DNA of 64,000 nucleotides from Octopus sinensis (taxonomy: Eukaryota). Below, piece by piece: positions 53,235 through 64,000 of the stretch. The position numbers and the translations under genes are program-made. The stretch covers positions 3,985 through 67,984 of the forward strand of contig NW_021836296.1 of the NCBI RefSeq assembly GCF_006345805.1, given 5' to 3'. The notes under the pieces are model-generated. The model searched no databases and was not told the origin of the DNA. It was given only the letters and a program-made list of their open reading frames with translations. Numbering within the stretch: position 1 is the first letter of the stretch; each line of letters starts with the position of its first letter.

Positions 53235-53550
53235 AGGCGGTGAGCTGGCAGAAACGTTAGCAACGCCGGGCGAAATGCGTAGCCGTGGACGTGTACCAGT
53301 TACGCACTGGGATCTGTCCTTGTTTGTCCTCTCTGTGTTCAGCCCCTTGTGGGTAGTAAAGAAATACGTATTTCGTCTGCCGTTACGTTCTGAGTTCAAA
53401 TTCCGCCGAGGTCGACTTTCCCTTTCATCCTTTCGGGGTCGATTAAATAAGTACCAGTTACACACTGGGGTCGATATAATCGACCTAATCCGTTTGTCTG
53501 TCCTTGTTTGTCCCCTCTGTGTTTAGCCCCTCGTGGGTAGTAAAGAAACA
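53234..53550 (+). mobile_element. SINE family B, rearranged dimer
   Basis: Head, partial body, junction aaagaaatac|gtatttcg, then full body. Confidence 0.8.
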
Positions 53551-53551
53551 A

Positions 53552-53612
<61 letters not shown>

Positions 53613-53613
<1 letters not shown>

Positions 53614-53770
53614 CATTCAGTAGTTTTATTTTTTATAGCGTGCTTTCACTTCACTACCGAGCGCAGCTCTATGTGCCTTGGGTATGTGCTGTGATTTGTT
53701 GTGATGCCTGATGGTAATTGTATGGAAAGTGTTCTGCGTAGGATGTGTGCAGTACCTAGTAGTGCAATTT
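53613..53770 (-). mobile_element. R4/Dong-type (RLE) LINE extreme 3' end inserted in (TAA)n
   Basis: Minus strand encodes KIALLGTAHILRRTLSIQ, matching the QK..LLGTA.ILR..L C-terminus of R4/Dong ORFs; short 3' UTR; (ATT)n on both sides. Confidence 0.75.
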
Positions 53771-53791
53771 TATTATTATTATTATTATTAC

Positions 53792-53835
<44 letters not shown>

Positions 53836-54084
53836 TATTATGATATATTATTATTATTATTACTATTATTATTTTCTTATCTTTGTTGTTTATTTATTTA
53901 TTAATTTATTTATTTATTAATCTATTTGTTTATTTGAATAATGATTAAAAGTGGAGATGATAAATCAAAAAGAAAGTAAGTTTACGACTGACAGATGCAA
54001 TACTCTGACACTTTCATATATAAAACACACCAGATGTTGTTGAACCATAATAACAACGAAAAGCTGCCGCCTTTAACTGTCGTG

Positions 54085-54132
<48 letters not shown>

Positions 54133-54449
54133 TGATACCAAACTGCTGCTGCTGTTGCCCCTGCTGCTTCTGCTGCTGTCGCTGTGACTGCTATTGATAC
54201 CGTGATAGCTAAATATTTGGCCTTCATTTTTTCCTCGTGTTAGTGCAGTCTATTGTTGTTGCATGTATTTCTAGCTGCGGCCATGATTGGTTGTCATTAC
54301 TACTACTGCTGCTGATGCTGATGTTGCTGATGTTGCTGCTGCTGTGTTGGTGGTGGTGGTTTTCCTGCTGTATTTTTTTGCAGCAGCTGCTGCTGTTGCT
54401 GTGGGTGGTCGTGGTGGTTTCCGGTTTTTGTTACGACCGCTGCTGCTGT

Positions 54450-54547
54450 TGATGACGATGATGATGATGATGATGGTGTTGGTGGTGGTGGTGGTGATGA
54501 TGATGATGGTGGTGATGATGATGGTGATGATGATGATGATGATGATG

Positions 54548-54578
<31 letters not shown>

Positions 54579-54590
54579 TGGTGGTGATGG

Positions 54591-54640
<50 letters not shown>

Positions 54641-54707
54641 TTGATGATGATGATGATGATGATGATGTTGATGATGATGATGATGATGATGATGGTGGTG
54701 GTGATGG

Positions 54708-54738
<31 letters not shown>

Positions 54739-54773
54739 GATGGTGATGGTGATGATGATGATGATGGTGATGG

Positions 54774-54817
<44 letters not shown>

Positions 54818-54833
54818 GTGATGATGAGGATGA

Positions 54834-54867
<34 letters not shown>

Positions 54868-54905
54868 GGTGGTGATGATGATGATGATGATGATGGTGAT
54901 GATGT
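54450..54905. repeat. (GAT)n/(GGT)n microsatellite
   Basis: Direct reading. Confidence 0.95.
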
Positions 54906-55069
54906 TACGGCTTGTTGTTTTTGCTACTGGTTCATATGCAACTGTGAGCAGTTGTTATTGGTGTTCCTGAGTGTTGCTGTTGCTGCTGCTGTTGTTTGTT
55001 TCCGCTGCCGCCTTTGCTGCTGCTGCTGTGCCTGCTATTGGTTGTGGTTCCTCGTTGTTACAACCGGTG

Positions 55070-55460
55070 CTATTGTGCTGCTGCCGATGTTCTTGTGATG
55101 CTGCTGTTCTTCTTGTGATGCTGCTGCGTTCTTGTGCTGCTGCGCTCTTGTGCTGCTGCGCTTTTGTGCTGCTGCCTTTGTCCTCGTGATGCTGCTGCGT
55201 TCTTGTGATGCTGCTGTTGTTCCTGTGATGCTGCTGTGCTCTTGTGCTGCTGCCGTCGCTTGTGTGCTGCTGCCGTTGTCCTTGTAATGCTGCTGCGTTC
55301 TTGTGCTGCTCTTCTTGTAATGCTGCAGTTGTTATTGTGCTGCTGCCGTTGATCTTGTGATGCTGCTACGTTCTTGCGATGCTGCTGTTGTTCATGTGAT
55401 GCTGCTGTTATACTGCTGTGGATTTTGAGCTGCTGTTGTCGTTATGCTGCTGTTGCTCCT
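55070..55460 (+). repeat. Degenerate ~18-21-bp minisatellite (ttcttgtgatgctgctg..)
   Basis: About 20 imperfect units. Confidence 0.8.
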
Positions 55461-55645
55461 TATCATTTACTGCCTCCGTTGTAAGTTTCTCTGCTGCTGA
55501 TTGCAACTGTAGTTGTTGTTGCTACCGTTGCTACTGATGGTTTTAGTGCTGCTGAAACTCCTGCCTTTAGCTCCTGCTCTTGTAGTTGCTTATAGTACTC
55601 AATGCTGCTGTTGCACTCTACTACTGTTGCTGGCTGCTGTTGCTG

Positions 55646-56013
55646 TGAGCGAAGCGGTCTTCGTTCCAGAGCTCGCAAGATGGGAGAGGTCCGAAACGTG
55701 GTCCTTTGCTATTCGTAAGACCCGCAGAAGAGAGAGCGGGTCAACCCCAGACACCGAGAGCATCGGCGGATGGATGAATGCGCATCCAGGCTCAGCGCTG
55801 GCGTAGGAAGTCGTGGACAAGAAACAGGAAGAGAGAGTGAGAGAAAGTTGGAGCGAAAGAGTACAACAGGGGTCGCCACCACCCCCTGCCGGAGCCTCGT
55901 GGAGCTTTAGGTGTTTTCACTCAATAAACACACACAACATCTGGTCTGGGAATCGAAACCACGATCCTCCGACCGCGAGTTCGCTGCCCTAACCATTGGG
56001 CCACTGCGCCTCC
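55646..56013 (-). mobile_element. SINE with family C head/body and a third tail type (G), copy 1
   Basis: Reverse complement starts ggaggcgcagtggcccaatggttagggcagcg; tail ...cctggatgcgcattcatccatccgccgatgctctcgg. Confidence 0.8.
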
Positions 56014-56032
56014 ACGCTGATACTGTTGCTGT

Positions 56033-56388
56033 TGAGCGAAGCGGTCTTCGTCGCAGAGCTCGCAAGGCGGCAGACGTCCGAAACGTGGTCCTTTGTTATT
56101 CGTAAGACCCGCAGAAGAGAAAGCAGGTCAACCTCCGACACCGAGAGCATCGGCGGATGGATGAATGCGCATCCAGGCTCAGCGGTTGCGGAGGAAGTCG
56201 GGGACAAGAAACAGGAAGAAAGAGTGAAAGAAAGTTGGAACGAAAGAGTACAACAGGGGTCGCCACCACCCCCTGCTGGAGCCTCGTGGAGCTTTAGGTG
56301 TTTTTCGCTCAATAAACAAACACAACGCCCCGGTCTGGGAATCGAAACCGCGAGTCCGCTGCCCTAACCACTAGGCCATTGCGCCTCC
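56033..56388 (-). mobile_element. Same SINE, tandem copy 2
   Basis: Diverged direct repeat of 55646-56013. Confidence 0.8.
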
Positions 56389-56791
56389 ACTGCTGCTGCT
56401 GTAGTCGGCCACGGTTCTTGCTTGTCGCTGCTGCAGCCGTTGTTGCTGCAGTTCCTTGCAATTCTTCATTGCAACAGCTGCTGCAGTTGCTGCTGTTACT
56501 ACTTCTGTTGTTATTGCTGCTGTGGTTGTTGTTGACGCTGCTGTTGTCATTTGTACTCAGGTTTGCTATGTTTAAGCAAAACTGTTTACAAAAACCGATC
56601 CAACCGTGGCCATCTGTCTAAGTGTTAACTTATTTAGTCTGGTCCTTCTTGTTTTAAGACAGTAGTGCGAGAGTTAAGAGGACCTGGTTGCTATTTCTAG
56701 CGACGCAAGGAACCATGCAGATTATCCAGTTGCTATTGTGGCTGTTGCTACCCCCGCCTGCTGTTCTTGTTGATGTTGTTGTTGTTGTGGG

Positions 56792-56831
<40 letters not shown>

Positions 56832-56985
56832 GGTGGTGGGGTGGTGGTGGTGGTGGTGGTGGTGGTGGTGGTGGTGGTGGGGTGGTGGTGGTTGTGGTGG
56901 TGGTTGTGGTGGTGGTTGTAGATATTGCTGCAGCTAATGCTGTTGGTTGTATAATGCTGGCTGCTGTTATTACTACTACTACTAT

Positions 56986-57036
<51 letters not shown>

Positions 57037-57203
57037 AATTCGTGCAGTCACTCTGCACTGTTTGCTGCTAGTCACGGTGCAGTACTTGCTAAGCTGATAC
57101 AAAACATTATTGGTACAGTTGCAGCCGTGTGTGTATCGGCAGCAGCTGCAGTTGCTGTATTATTATTATTATTATTATTATTGTTGTTGTTGTTTTGTTG
57201 TTG

Positions 57204-57254
<51 letters not shown>

Positions 57255-57255
57255 C

Positions 57256-57468
57256 AAGGCGGTGAGTTGGCGGAATCGTTAACACGCTGGACAAAATGCT
57301 TGATGGTATTTTGCCCGTCGCTACGTTCCGAGTTCAAATTGCGCCGAGGTCGACTGTAACTTTTATATTTTGGGGTCGATGAATTAAGGACCAGTTGAGT
57401 ATTGGTGTCGATGTAATTGACTACACCCCTCCCCTAAATTTCTGGCCTTGTGCCTTTAACAGAAAGGA

Positions 57469-57470
<2 letters not shown>
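57256..57470 (+). mobile_element. SINE family B monomer in (ATT)n
   Basis: aaggcggtgagttggcggaatcg...ggccttgtgcctttaacagaaaggat. Confidence 0.8.
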
Positions 57471-57500
<30 letters not shown>

Positions 57501-57521
57501 GTTATTATTATTATTATTATA

Positions 57522-57564
<43 letters not shown>

Positions 57565-57737
57565 TTCTGTTAAAGCTGTCAGCTGGCAGAATCAAATTCT
57601 GCTGAGGTCGACTTTGCTTTTCATCTTTTCACATCCGACGAAATAAATACCAGCTGAGTACTGGGGCGGGGATGCAATCAACTAGACCGACTCCTATAAA
57701 AAAAAATTCATGGTATGTACTTGTATCTTTCATCTCT

Positions 57738-57960
57738 TCCTTGTTTCAGTCATCAGACTGCGGCCATGCTGGAGCAACCTCTTGAAGAAGTTTTAGTCGA
57801 AGAAATCGACCCCAGAAGTTATTTTCTTTAAGCTTTGGTTCTTGTTTAATCGATCTTATTTGCCGAAGCGATAAGTTACGAGGCCGTAAATATATCAACA
57901 CCGGTTGTTAAGTGGTGTGGCGGGGATAGTGACAAACACTGACACAAACACACACACACA
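57738..57960 (-). mobile_element. SINE family A 3' half, diverged
   Basis: ttgtttcagtcatcagactgcggccatgctggagca... Confidence 0.7.
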
Positions 57961-58334
57961 CACACACACAACACACACACACACACTCACACACATTTAT
58001 GGATATATAGAAAGAATTATCATTGTTGTTGTTGTTGTTTGAATGCTTGTAATTAGCATTAATTCTGGGCGAGGACAGCATTACCTGCCCTTTGTTCACC
58101 TCAGTGAATCACCGGTACCTCTTAGTATCAAACGGCAGTCGAGAGGCGAATGGATAAGAAGAACATCATAAAAACAAACACATATCTAATTTTGTCACTC
58201 TCTTTGGTGCAAATACGATTGTTCAATTGTTAAGAAGCTTCTTTCGCAAGCACCAAGTTTTCATTCTTTACACAGCAATTGATGTGGAGATAGTAAAGTT
58301 AAACAGGTTATTATAGTGCCTATGTAGCTATTGA

Positions 58335-58665
58335 GACCCCTTTGGTCATGACTGACCGTGGGATTGCACCTAAAAAGTTACCCTCCCAGGCAAAAGTCCG
58401 AGCAAGGTTGTTTCATCGAAGACCAGCAGTCGCCCATGAATACCGGCCCCCCTTCTCCACGCCACCAGTGTTTTCCAAAGGAAAGGCAAAGGCCGATACA
58501 GCTTGTCACCAGTGACATCACAACTCATTTTTACAGCTGAGTGAACTAGAGTAAAGTGAAATAAAGTGCCTTGCTCAAGAACACAACAGGCAGCCCGGTC
58601 CGGAATTCGAACTCACAACCTCACGATCGTAAGCTCGACGCTCTAACCACTGAGCCACGCGCCTT
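58335..58665 (-). mobile_element. SINE family D, full length
   Basis: Reverse complement aaggcgcgtggctcagtggttagagcgtcgagcttacgatcgtgaggttgtgagttcgaattcc (tRNA-like head). Confidence 0.85.
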
Positions 58666-59024
58666 ATTATTTATCTTTCTATTTAGCAATCTGGTTGAAA
58701 CCGGTACAGACTGTGCCTGTACTGGGAAAACTTTCAAGAAGGATGTTGTATCTGGGAGTTTTTTTATCCTATTTGCCGCACTAAGTATAACCTATTATTT
58801 GACCAATACTATATATTTTTTTTTAATTTCAGCTCAGAGCTGCGGCCAAGCTGATGCACCACCGTTAATATGTTTAATTTCTGGCTAATCTTCACAGGAT
58901 AATGCTTGATATTACCTACCTACGAAGACAACTGAATAGCAGACACTATTGCAAACAAAGGTGAGAAGAGAATAACAAACACAGACACACAACATGTGTG
59001 TGTGTGTGAGTGTGTGTGTGTGTG

Positions 59025-59273
59025 AAGGTGCGCGGCTCAGTGGTTATGGCGTCGAGCTTACGATCGTAAGGTTATGAGTTCAATTCCCGGAAAGGGCTAC
59101 GTGTTGTGTTCTTGAGCAAGACACTTTATTTCACGTTGCTCCAGTTCACTCAGCTGTAGAAATGAGTTGCGACGTCACTGGTCCCAAGCTGTATCGGCCC
59201 CTTTGCCTTTCCCTTGGATAACATCAGTGCCATGGAGAGGTGAGGCTGGTTGCATGGGCGACTGCTGGTCTTC
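59025..59273 (+). mobile_element. SINE family D, 3'-truncated
   Basis: aaggtgcgcggctcagtggttatggcgtcgagcttacgatcg...; inverted relative to 58335-58665. Confidence 0.85.
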
Positions 59274-59383
59274 TACACGCACACACACACACACACATAC
59301 ACACACACATATGCAGACAGGTAGAGACATAGATAGAGAGATAGGGAGAGTGGGGAGAGAGAAAGAGAGAGAGACTTAGCTAA

Positions 59384-59477
<94 letters not shown>

Positions 59478-59478
<1 letters not shown>

Positions 59479-59632
59479 CGACGGGATTCTACAAAGTTTC
59501 CATCTACCGAAATCCCTCACAAGGCATCGGTCGGCCCGGGGCTATCATAGAGGACACCTGCTCAATTTTCCACACTTTGCAAACGAACCCGAGACCAAGT
59601 GATTGCGAAGCGACCTTATTTACCACACAGCT
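59478..59632 (-). mobile_element. SINE family A 5' half, diverged
   Basis: acgacgggattct...tttccatctacc...taccacacagc. Confidence 0.6.
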
Positions 59633-60372
59633 TTGCCATCGTCCTATATAATTCATATAAAATGTTTTTACAGATGTGACCTTCTTTTGCTCCAGTTTTT
59701 TTTTTTTTTTACCATTTCCAAACAGACCCACAACGACATTCCTCAACTGCCGTAATATTTTTGGCACCATAGCTAGGTCGGTTGTCATTTGGAAATTCTT
59801 CAGTTCTTCGGTTCTTCAGCTTTTTCCAGCTCGTTACGTAGTGGAAGGAGTAATTTAATGCTGTAGGTTGTTGGCATATTATTTTGTAATTAACAAGTTA
59901 GCTTCGTTAGCTCAGAGTCAATCTTGAAGAGCAAGGAAGCCTTGAGTGTATAAACAGTGACTTCTTTCGTTTTGTGACGCCTCCTCGCTTGTTGTTTAGT
60001 AGCAGGTGTCATCTGAGACTCAGCTGAGAGGAAAAGCAAAATATTAGTCATGGCCGACAGGTTGAAAAATTATGATTACATACAAGGAGGGAAAGCGAGA
60101 AACTTAGAGAGAAAAAGAGAAGGTGGGAGAGAAAGGAGAATGAAGGAGGGAGAGAGGGTTGGAAAGAGGTGTAGTTTGTTGGTGTGGGCGTTGGGAGAAG
60201 CACGATGTAATTAACGAGTATTTATTAGGTCTGAAGTATTGAGGAGTTGGGTTGCGGTTTTGGTTGTGGTTATGGCTGATAAAGTGATGCAGGAGTCTGT
60301 GTTCGGGTTGCATACATACACAAACGCCTATAATTACATACGTATATGCACACACACACACACACACACACA

Positions 60373-60421
<49 letters not shown>

Positions 60422-60874
60422 TGCATGCACATGTATATATAGATGCATGCATACATATATTCATATATATATATGAATATATATATATGAATATATATAT
60501 ATATATATAATATATCTATCTGTGTGTGCATACACGTATACGCAGATATCTACACACACATTTATATATATATATATATGTACATGTATATGTACGCATG
60601 TAGGCATAAGTGTATGTATGTATGTATGTACTGGTAGAAAACAGGCAGACGAAAGGACAGACAGACAGACAGAGAGGCAGAGAGATAGATACATAGATGC
60701 ATATTCATATGTGTACATAAATATATGTATGTGTGTGTGTATACACATATGCATTAATATGTAGACACACACACACACACACACATATACGTATGCATTT
60801 GTGTATACATATGTATCGATGCGTGTGTATATGTATGTATAGACAGCTAGATATACACAGATGGACATACACAC

Positions 60875-60942
<68 letters not shown>

Positions 60943-61139
60943 GCATGCACACATACATACGCACATACATACATACATATATAAATACATACATATATAC
61001 ATACATACATATATACATACATGCATGCATACATGTATAACATAAAAGGCTGGCATGCTCCTAGCTGCGTGGTTAAGATGTTCACTTGGCAACCTTGGCC
61101 CAGTCCATCATGTGGATGGGGTTAAAAATCATGATCGCC

Positions 61140-61238
61140 ATCATCATCATCATCATCACCATCATCATTATCATCATCATCATCATAATCATCACCATCA
61201 TCATTATCATCATCCTCATCATCATTATCATCATCATC

Positions 61239-61300
<62 letters not shown>

Positions 61301-61313
61301 TATCACCATCATC

Positions 61314-61345
<32 letters not shown>

Positions 61346-61388
61346 TATCATTATCGTCATCATCATCATTGTCATCATCGTCATCACC
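61140..61388. repeat. (CAT)n microsatellite
   Basis: Direct reading. Confidence 0.95.
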
Positions 61389-62014
61389 AACCCCCATCAA
61401 GTGTAGTTTCATATCTATGACAAATTCTACAACTCGCCGGCAATAATCATAATGATTCATTGTCCACGTGGTAGTTCAACATGCTAGAAACCGCAGCCAA
61501 ATGTCCCTCTTAGATCACACGTCATCACGTCATTGACCGATGATAAAAGAAAAACCTGGAGACTTTAAATGTTGTAAAGAAAGACATCAACCTCTGTTTG
61601 ACCAGTCGAGATAATGGCAGCTTCAACAACTATGGAAATAGATCTGCCTGGTCAAGGCTGATTTGAGCAAACAAAAGTGACAATAACAACAACAACAACA
61701 ACAGCAATAATGTCAATAACAACGAGGACATCTCAGAGTGGTTGCTCATACTGTTAGATTAAAATAAATAACAACGAAATCACCCTCAAGCCAAAAGCTG
61801 TCATCGACAGAAGAGCAAACATACTGGTTAGTTTTATGAGAGGAAAAGAAAATTGTATCAGGAAAATGGCAGGATGGTCTCGGCTGGAAGGTCGTTAAAT
61901 TGTAATCATAGGTGGTCCGTATCTGGGGCGCTCTCGGACAAAAACAAATTCACCAATGACAATAAAATTAATAAAAACAACAATGCGAGTGATGGTGGTG
62001 GGTTCTCACTTTGC

Positions 62015-62375
62015 GACTCCTGGTTTCAGGTTCATTCGCACTGTGCGGCACCCTGGGCAAGTGTTTTCTACTAAAGGTCCAGGCCGACCAATACCTTATG
62101 ATTAAATTTAGTAGCCGGAAACTGTATGGAAGCCCATCGTATACATATGTGTGTGTGTATGTGTTTATGGTCATGATTGTCAACTCTCTCACTGCTAGAC
62201 AACCGGTGTTGGTTTGTTTATGTACCTGTAAATTAGTGGTGTCGCAACAAACGATCAACGGAATAGATACCAGATGTGTTTTTTTTAAAGTAAGTACTGA
62301 AGCCAATTTCTCCGACTGAATCCTTCAATATGGTGCCCCAGCATGGCCGCAGTCCAATGACTGAAGCAAGTAAAC
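62015..62375 (+). mobile_element. SINE family A, old diverged copy
   Basis: ggcaccctgggcaagtgttttctact...cagcatggccgcagtccaatgactgaagcaagtaaa. Confidence 0.65.
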
Positions 62376-62379
62376 GATA

Positions 62380-63180
62380 GCAACTAAATAGCTGTAACAA
62401 CAAGAACAAACGGAGAAGTCTTAGCAACAGTTACAGCGAAAATAGCAACAGCATTAAAGGAAGCAGCAGACAGAGCCACAATAACGATAGCGACAGATTG
62501 AACACAGGTAGTGACAGCAGCTCATACAATAAGAATAGAGATAGCAACAGATTAACAACAGTGATAGCAACAGATACTGCAACAGTAGACATAGAATTAG
62601 TGATAGCTGCAGATACGGCAATAGTAATGTTAGCAACAGATGTAGTAACGGCAGAGTTTACAACAAATATGTTGACATTAGTGATAGCAACATATATATT
62701 TACAATAGTGATGGCAACGGCTATAGCAACGTAGTGATAGCAACATATATAGTAATGGTAATATTAGCACCCAAGGCGGAAACAGCTATGATAGCAACAT
62801 TGGCGATAGCAACAATTATAGTAATTGTGGTATTAGCAACAGGTAGAGTAAATGTAGTGTAGCAACAGTTTCATTAACGGTGATGATAGCTGCAAATAGA
62901 ATTGTCATGAACACATGTGATAGAAACAGGTATAGCAGCAATGGTGATAGCAACAGTTGCGATAACAACACGTGCAGTAATAGTAGTTATAGCAACAGAT
63001 GAAGTAAGAATTATGATAGCAACAGACAGAGCAAGTGTAGTGTTAGTCATACCTACGGCAGTAGTTTGTCTAGCAACGGCTACAGTAGCAACGATAAGGA
63101 TGGTAACAGCTACATAGCAACTGCAACAGAAATATTGCTAGTAGCAACAGCTATGACTCAATCACAATAGCAACAACAAA
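62380..63180 (+). repeat. Degenerate minisatellite built on gtgatagcaaca
   Basis: More than 20 imperfect tagcaac-containing units. Confidence 0.75.
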
Positions 63181-63579
63181 TATGGCGTCGACAATTGGTA
63201 TTAAGTTGTTTTGTTTTTTGTTGCTGTGTATTTTTCCCTTTTTTCTTTAGCAGACAGTAATATCAACGACATTTGTGATAGAGGGCAACAACAATAACAA
63301 AAGCATAAGTGATGTATCAATAGCAACAACAACAACGGTATCAATAATGATAATAATAATGACAATAAGGGCGATCATAACAAACGTGCAATTAGCAACA
63401 GATACAAGCCGACAGCAACACTGACAACGCCCACCACAACATTAGCAACGGATTCACAGCTAGTATCACCACCGGCAGCTACGAGAGACAGAGATGCAGC
63501 CAGGAACGAGAACTGCGCCAGCGTCGCCATCATCACTGCCGCTGCTACTCTTTCCTAACCACCACGACCACCACCACCA

Positions 63580-63626
<47 letters not shown>

Positions 63627-63721
63627 ACACCCAACACTAGCATCGTTTGTTATCAGCTGCCGCAAGCACATCAAGCGCAGCAGCTGCACACACACACACA
63701 CACACGCATATATCTGTGTCA

Positions 63722-63766
<45 letters not shown>

Positions 63767-63807
63767 CATATGTGTGTGTGTATACATATGGTGTGTGTGT
63801 GTGTGTT

Positions 63808-64000
63808 CTTTTACTCTCTTATTCTTTTGCTTGTTTCAGTCGTTTGACTGCGGTCATGCTGGAGCACCGCCTTTAGTCGACTTATTCTTCGTAAAGCTGG
63901 TACTTATTCTTTCCGATCTCTCATGCCGAACCGCTATGTTACGGGGACGTAAACATACCAACATCAGTTGTCAAGCACAGACACACAAACATACACACAC
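63808..64000 (-). mobile_element. SINE family A 3' part, cut by window edge
   Basis: cttgtttcagtcgtttgactgcggtcatgctggagcaccgcctttagtcga. Confidence 0.8.

Noticed and set aside
63225-63425. Strong-looking splice acceptor (ttttccctttttctttag) with an open frame
   Set aside because: Downstream sequence is low-complexity aac/aat repeat and no donor or protein similarity was recognised

Overview
Repeat-saturated, AT-rich eukaryotic (metazoan) non-coding DNA. The repeat families and extreme microsatellite density look like an octopus/coleoid cephalopod genome (inferred from my recollection of these families, not from a search). I found no supportable host protein-coding exon: almost all ORFs in the track are microsatellite translations or SINE read-throughs. 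Content: (i) dozens of tRNA-derived SINE copies in about 4 modular families, labelled here A-D; (ii) a ~560-bp (AAT)n-associated non-autonomous retroposon (family E); (iii) decayed LINE 3' ends (Tx1/L1-type zf-RVT region; R4/Dong-type C-terminus inside (TAA)n); (iv) three mariner transposase relics, a Tigger-like MITE and two non-autonomous Helitrons; (v) long simple and higher-order repeats. Most notable: minimal type I hammerhead-ribozyme motifs of the Penelope-like-element kind (an apparently intact one at 32688-32762, one inside a 158-bp near-perfect palindrome at 44198-44355, a decayed one at 26974-27053), and a SINE that occurs as 184-bp tandem multimers sharing the same junction at several loci, one bracketed by a single 17-bp target-site duplication (TSD).
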